Shown piece after piece: positions 62,581 through 64,000 of a DNA stretch of 64,000 bases (position 1 is its first letter; every line of letters begins with the position of its first letter). The stretch lies in contig CM060731.1 of NCBI GenBank assembly GCA_030704615.1, positions 70,866,001 to 70,930,000 on the forward strand, in the 5' to 3' direction. Source of the stretch: Takakia lepidozioides (taxonomy: Eukaryota > Plantae > Bryophyta). Below the pieces are notes generated by a model, which made no database searches, had not been told where the DNA came from, and saw nothing but the letters and a program-made list of their open reading frames with translations. Position numbers and translations under genes: made by a program.

Positions 62581-62965
62581 CACTCGCCATTTATTTCTGA
62601 GCGAGGAATTACCTTCGTGCAGGTAATTCCCATATAAGAATTACCTTCGTGCAGGTAATTCGCATACAAGAATTACCTTTGTGCAGGTAATTTCCAGATG
62701 ACAATTACCTTCCTGCAGGTAATTCCAATCGATGTTTATTCCTCGTCCAGAATTACCTGCACAAAGGTAATTCTCATCTGGAAATTACCTGCATGAAGGT
62801 AATTCTTGTATGTGAATTACCTGCACGAAGGTAATTCTTATATGGGAATTACCTGCACGGAGGTAATTCCTCGCTCAGAAATAAATGGCGAATCGAAATT
62901 CGGCGCCGAATATCCATATGGCACCGATCCGACTTACCTGCAGGATGGAAATTCGGCGCCGAATT
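62505..62965. repeat. Large inverted repeat (~220-bp arms, ~25-bp spacer) with 8 copies of AATTACCT-N6-AGGTAATT
   Basis: Arms ~62505-62725 and ~62750-62965 are reverse complements with few mismatches. Confidence 0.9.
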
Positions 62966-63004
62966 ACCTGCTTGAAGGAAATTTGGCGAACCGCCCTACC
63001 TGCG

Positions 63005-64000
63005 CGGATGGAAATTCGGCGCCGGATTTCCATCCGCGCGCATCCGAATTACCTGCTTGAAGGAAATTTGGCGCACCGCCATCCTACGCGGATGGAAATT
63101 CGGCGCCGGATTTCCATCCGGGCGCATCCGAATTACCTGCGCGGATGGAAATTCGGCGCCGGATTTCCATCCGCGCGCATCCGAATTACCTGCTTGAAGG
63201 AAATTTGGCGCACCGCCATCCTACGCGGATGGAAATTCGGCGCCGGATTTCCATCCGGGCGCATCCGAATTACCTGCGCGGATGGAAATTCGGCGCCGGA
63301 TTTCCATCCGCGCGCATCCGAATTACCTGCTTGAAGGAAATTTGGCGCACCGCCCTACCTGCGCGGATGGAAATTCGGCGCCGGATTTCCATCCGGGCGC
63401 ATCCGAATTACCTGCGCGGATGGAAATTCGGCGCCGGATTTCCATCCGCGCGCATCCGAATTACCTGCTTGAAGGAAATTTGGCGCACCGCCCTACCTGC
63501 GCGGATGGAAATTCGGCGCCGGATTTCCATCCGGGCGCATCCGAATTACCTGCGCGGATGGAAATTCGGCGCCGGATTTCCATCCGCGCGCATCCGAATT
63601 ACCTGCTTGAAGGAAATTTGGCGCACCGCCCTACCTGCGCGGATGGAAATTCGGCGCCGGATTTCCATCCGGGCGCATCCGAATTACCTGCGCGGATGGA
63701 AATTCGGCGCCGGATTTCCATCCGCGCGCATCCGAATTACCTGCTTGAAGGAAATTTGGCGCACCGCCATCCTACGCGGATGGAAATTCGGCGCCGGATT
63801 TCCATCCGCGCGCATCCGAATTACCTGCGCGGATGGAAATTCGGCGCCGGATTTCCATCCGCGCGCATCCGAATTACCTGCTTGAAGGAAATTTGGCGCT
63901 CCGCCCTACCTGCGCGGATGGAAATTCGGCGCCGGATTTCCATCCGGGCGCATCCGAATTACCTGCGCGGATGGAAATTCGGCGCCGGATTTCCATCCGC
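63005..64000. repeat. Tandem array, 137-138-bp unit, with the 30-bp near-palindrome GGATGGAAATTCGGCGCCGGATTTCCATCC
   Basis: Motif spacing alternates 84-85 and 53 bp from 63016 to 63979. Confidence 0.95.

Larger units (their letters stand above)
56464..64000. mobile_element. Third MULE of the family, transposase in opposite orientation, running off the window
   Basis: Terminus GAGGTTTGCTATTTCATGAGC plus CATGAG repeats, subterminal TTCGGCGCC repeats (56845-57075), and an intact transposase. Confidence 0.88.

Noticed and set aside
61556-63885. Long ORFs (344, 257, 246 aa) with MEIRRRISI/WKFGAEF repeats
   Set aside because: They are translations of the palindromic satellite, similar on both strands, with no coding signature.

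Overview
Eukaryotic, transposon-dense nuclear DNA, most likely from a non-seed land plant (inferred from very regular PLS-DYW PPR repeats, GT-AG introns, and CACTA, MULE and Gypsy elements). No intact host gene is evident. Contents: (i) two near-identical copies of an ~11 kb CACTA element (383-11249 and 44396-55998) carrying TnpD, a divergent TnpA-like gene with a NIF/FCP1-like domain, a LINE fragment and PPR fragments; (ii) a Ty3/Gypsy element with a C5 DNA-methyltransferase domain and an integrase-PHD tail, split and out of order (39402-42773 and 11250-12890); (iii) a decayed PPR-DYW cluster (13.3-22.2 kb) with a solo LTR; (iv) three members of one short-TIR Mutator-like (MULE) family. The highlight is the complete MULE at 24321-37998, bounded by a perfect 10-bp TSD (GGTCGTGCTC). 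Besides a GCM-like/DDE/SWIM transposase, it encodes a divergently transcribed, spliced protein with a ParB/Srx-like domain (DGNHR) and a beta-class N6A/N4C methyltransferase-like domain. Its non-coding DNA is packed with a palindrome (TTCGGCGCCGAA core) spaced mostly at ~53/63/74/84 bp, close to whole helical turns. A sister element (56464 to the window end) has expanded its own variant of the palindrome into phased tandem arrays around a central inverted repeat. Together these suggest a transposon-encoded 'ParB + parS-like array + amino-methyltransferase' system. All domain calls are by motif recognition, not database search. Many frameshifts may be long-read indel errors.
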